64,000 nucleotides of DNA from Takakia lepidozioides. Its lineage: Eukaryota; Plantae; Bryophyta. Location: positions 65,968,001 through 66,032,000 of the forward strand of contig CM060732.1 of assembly GCA_030704615.1 (NCBI GenBank), read 5' to 3'. This document shows, piece after piece, positions 60,481-64,000 of the stretch. Both the position numbers and the translations under genes were made by a program. The notes beneath the pieces were generated by a model that saw only the letters and a list, made by a program, of their open reading frames with translations, had not been told where the DNA came from and did no database searches. Each line of letters opens with the position of its first letter. Positions within the stretch are counted from its first letter, which is position 1.

Positions 60481-62239
60481 ATGCGCGGAGGGGCTTCATA
60501 AGGACATAATGCAGAGCTACACCACATGACAATGTCTGATGATTATGAAGGCATGAACGGAAAGCCCGTATAGACAACCATCGTTGAGTGCCATTGCTAT
60601 GCTAAGAAAATCCACAGAGCTCCAATAATTAGGAAGTACTGAACTGAAATTTCTTCTATTCACCATTCAGGGCAACAACAGATCGTTTTCTTCCCTCACA
60701 TACTTTCTGAACATGCCAGTAAGTGCCAGAGATCTTGTAGACTCCCTCTCTTGCTCTTTGTTTGGAAGTGGTACCCATGGTGGAAGTGCCTAATTTTATC
60801 AGTTGTGCTCCTGTTGCTTCGAATTGTCATCTAACGTTGCAGATTTCTTGTAGCTATTACTCCACAGTGCCTCACTCTTGTGCTCGCAATCTGGTCGCCT
60901 TGGAGCCCACAGAGAAGCTCAAAATCGCGCAGAGCACCCCTGGGAAAGAAACTGTGCACAGCCACCGGCTCTCTGCTTTCCTAAACCTAAATTTCTCTTA
61001 GCTCTTTGATAAATGCAGGTTCGGGGTTCAATTCCTGCTACGGCCTGTGTGTATGATTTGTTTCGTGACATGTCGGTCTGGGGGTGACGTTTCCTCTCGT
61101 GATATATGAAACGGAGGTTAAACGTTCCTCCTCCGCAAGGGCTTGGATGGATAGATGGATAGCAGTGCATGGATGAAAAGACTACAGTCTATTACAAATG
61201 GTTATTTATTGGGAAGGTATTGTCTTGATAGGTAGGGTAACTGTACCTATCATTGCACAAACCCCTATCATCGCGCACCCTAGCCCCTATCATTGTGCAC
61301 CTGTGGACAACGCAAACCCTTATGATTGCGCATCCCAACACCTATCACTATACACCCGTTTCGACGCGCACCGTCGACCGTGCTTAGGGGTTTGCGAATG
61401 GTGTGCAATGATAGGGGCAATGATACTAGGTTTTACAAAGATTATATAGGCTTGTTGTGCCCAACACTCCAATGCACTGTAGTGGGTTTTGTAAATTTTG
61501 TAAATTGGGCTTTGAAGCCAACTTGCCAACCCCCCCCTAGGTCCAATTTTGCACCATAATATGATCATATGAAGTTAGCCAAGTAATAGATCAGGCCCGG
61601 GAGTTGAATGCGAGGGAGCCGGTTCAGCCACCGTGGACCCCCCCCCCCACCCCCACGCCCACCCCCACCCCCCCCCCCCCTCCATCGCCCGCACCCGCAG
61701 AGAAGGCAGCGCCCGCGGCACGCCCTCCCGCACCTCATGTTCCCGCTGCTAGGACATGAGACGTGCCCTCTCCGGCATCCCCATCCCTCCTCCCATCCTG
61801 CCCTCATGCATGGCATCGCCCTCATCCCCCATGCATGCCTTCATCCTCACCATGCTACATGGTATCCCAATGCCCTCTTTCAAAAAATTGTGTCAGACTG
61901 GTTGTTTAGCTGCTCCTACTCGTTTTCAAAGACCACTCCAAAATCTCCACACTACAGACGTAAGTTGGTTTAGCATCCGTGTACATTTGGACATGGTATG
62001 TCCTCGTTGTGGATAGTCCAATGGAGCCCAAAGCGACCAACATGAATGTTGTTGAAAGCTCACTACAGCACCTTCGTAAAGGAACTTGTCAAAATGTTGA
62101 TGTTGCGGATTTTCGGGCACAAAAGTCTACCTTGGAGCACGGACCGGAGCTGGCATGAGTTCTTTAAAGATCCTTCACGATGGAGGGACAACCATAATCG
62201 CAAGGTGTGGCTTTCTCTTAATGTATGAGGTGAAGAAGT

Positions 62240-63050
62240 TTGGCTGAACGAAATGTGGTGTCATGGAACGCGATGATCGCAGGATATGCACAGCACGGGT
62301 GCGGGATGGAGGCTTTGGAGACCTACGAGCAAATGATGCGCAGAGGGGTGAAGCCCAACCATATCACGTTTGTTTGCATTTGCAATGCGTGTGCGAGCCT
62401 GACAGCCTTGGAAAAGGACAAAGAGGTCCATGGTGATATCGTCAAAACTGGAATAGTACCAGACGTCATTCTGAACACTGCCTTGCTGGATATGTATATC
62501 AGGAGTATTGAAGATGCAAAAGAAGTGTTTGACAACATAGCTGAACGAAATGTGTTTTCATGGAACGCGATGATTGCAGGATATGCACAGCACGGGTGTG
62601 GGATAGAGGCTTTGGAGACCTATGAGCAAATGATGCACAGAGGGGTGTAGCCCCCAACCATATCATGTTTGTTTGCGTTTGCAATGCGTGTACGAGCCTG
62701 GCAGCCTTGGAAAAGGACAAAGAGGTCCATGGTGATATTGTCAAAGCTGGAATAGTACCAGACGTCATTGAACACTGCCTTGCTGGATATGTATGCCAAA
62801 TGTGGGAGTATTGAAGATGCAAAAGGAGTGTTCGGATGGCTGAAAGAAATGTGCTGTCATGGAACGCGATGATCGCAGGATATGCACAGCACGGGTGTGG
62901 GATGGAGGCTTTGGAGACCTATGAGCAAATGATGCGCAGAGGGGTGAAGCCCAACATATCACGTTTGTTTGTGTTTGCATATGCGTGTGCGAGCATGGCA
63001 GCCTTGGAGAAGGGCAAAGAGGTCCATGGTGATATCGTCAAAGCTGGAAG
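62240..63050 (+). pseudogene. PLS-class pentatricopeptide repeat gene fragment (about three near-identical P-L-S triplets, frameshifted); related fragments at ~60380-60480 and ~63588-63650
   Basis: ERNVVSWNAMIAGYAQHGCGMEALETYEQMMRRGVKPNHITFVCICNACASLTALEKDKEVHGDIVK..LNTALLDMY(AKCG)SIEDA. Confidence 0.9.
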
Positions 63051-64000
63051 AGGCTTTTCGTTACTTCCGAAGTATGCAACAAGAAGGCTTGAAGCCCAAC
63101 AAGGTCACCTTCATGAGCATCCTCCACTACAAGAGATGAGCGTTTTTAGGACTACGGGTTTGGCGGAGTCATAAAAACTGCACTAGACTACAGAGCGCTG
63201 AAATGCATTACAGTTTTAGTTTTATGACTTTGTAGTAATGGATATCACTACATGACTCCGGAAAGTTAGGGAGCATTGGTCAAACATTGTTGACCATGAT
63301 GACAGGGATGGTTTATATGACTAGTGTGATATGTTTGACTACACGTGGACGACGTTTCATGGAATCTTATGACTCCATGACTGAAGATGGTTTCAGAGCT
63401 CTATTTATACGACTACATCACTACACGTGTCATTTTGAAGGCACATATAATGCAAATAAGGTTGCCCATTAGGTTTAAAAAAGTTAAATTTTTTGCTAAT
63501 AAGGTTGCCCATTAGTGTAATCGTGAACAGAAAGGAGGGCTGGGACTTGGCGTCTTTTTGTCCTGCGCCACACCACATAGCTGAGGGATGGAACGCGATG
63601 ATAGCAGGATATGCAGGGGCGTGGATGGAGGCGTTGAGCAAATGATGCACGAAGGAGAGAGGAGGAGACGAGACGAGACGAGGACAAGCGAGCTCGCCGT
63701 TCTTGGGAGAGTCAGCTTGGTCTTAGCAAGCGTGTTTCAATCTCTGACTACTCATCTCTACGCCGTAGTGGTTCGATCTGACAGACCAATCCGACATTAC
63801 CTGACTACAGACACAAGCAGCACACACAAGAGGTCATCGGTCAAATCCTCCATGGGTCAGGACAGGTCAAGGACAATGTGGTAGGGCACCTTCTTCTTCA
63901 ACCTATTTCAGCCTGTGTTGCCCTCTCATCAGACTCGGCCGCAAGATGCATTGAATTCTGTAAGTTAGGTCGTTGGGTACATCTGTGGTGGTTTGGAGTG

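Noticed and set aside
60995-61045. B-box-like ggttcaattcc, possible third SINE
   Set aside because: The A-box is weak and no tail or TSD was identified.

Overview
Eukaryotic, intron-containing plant DNA. The Tcn1-like chromovirus, DUF7869-type transposase and PLS-PPR fragments suggest a non-seed plant such as a bryophyte; this is inference. Four host genes are recognisable: the 3' end of a RED/SMU2 splicing factor (+), a 6-exon low-molecular-weight tyrosine phosphatase (-), a SYP13-type syntaxin (+) divergent from it, and a 5-exon aldo-keto reductase (-). The rest is mostly nested transposons. A Ty1/copia element (7281-22961, TSD ACAAC) contains a Tcn1-like gypsy element, which in turn contains a hAT element (15100-20698, TSD GTACAAAC). 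A ~10.1 kb inversion cuts across the gypsy and copia elements. Further along are an ~8 kb Mutator-like SWIM element with long TIRs (36640-44626, TSD CTATTGTTT) and a young chromovirus with non-canonical TA...GA LTR ends (47383-53243, TSD GCTAT). There are also LINE, SINE and Helitron-like remnants, and degenerate RanBP2-ZF, F-box and PPR gene fragments. The most interesting signals are a Tf1-style self-priming PBS in the Tcn1-like element, a 12-unit mini-exon-like array inside the hAT, the inversion, the TA...GA element carrying a foreign RT patch in its integrase, and an OSB/PDF-like motif preceding PPR repeats. All coordinates were read by eye and may be off by a few bases.
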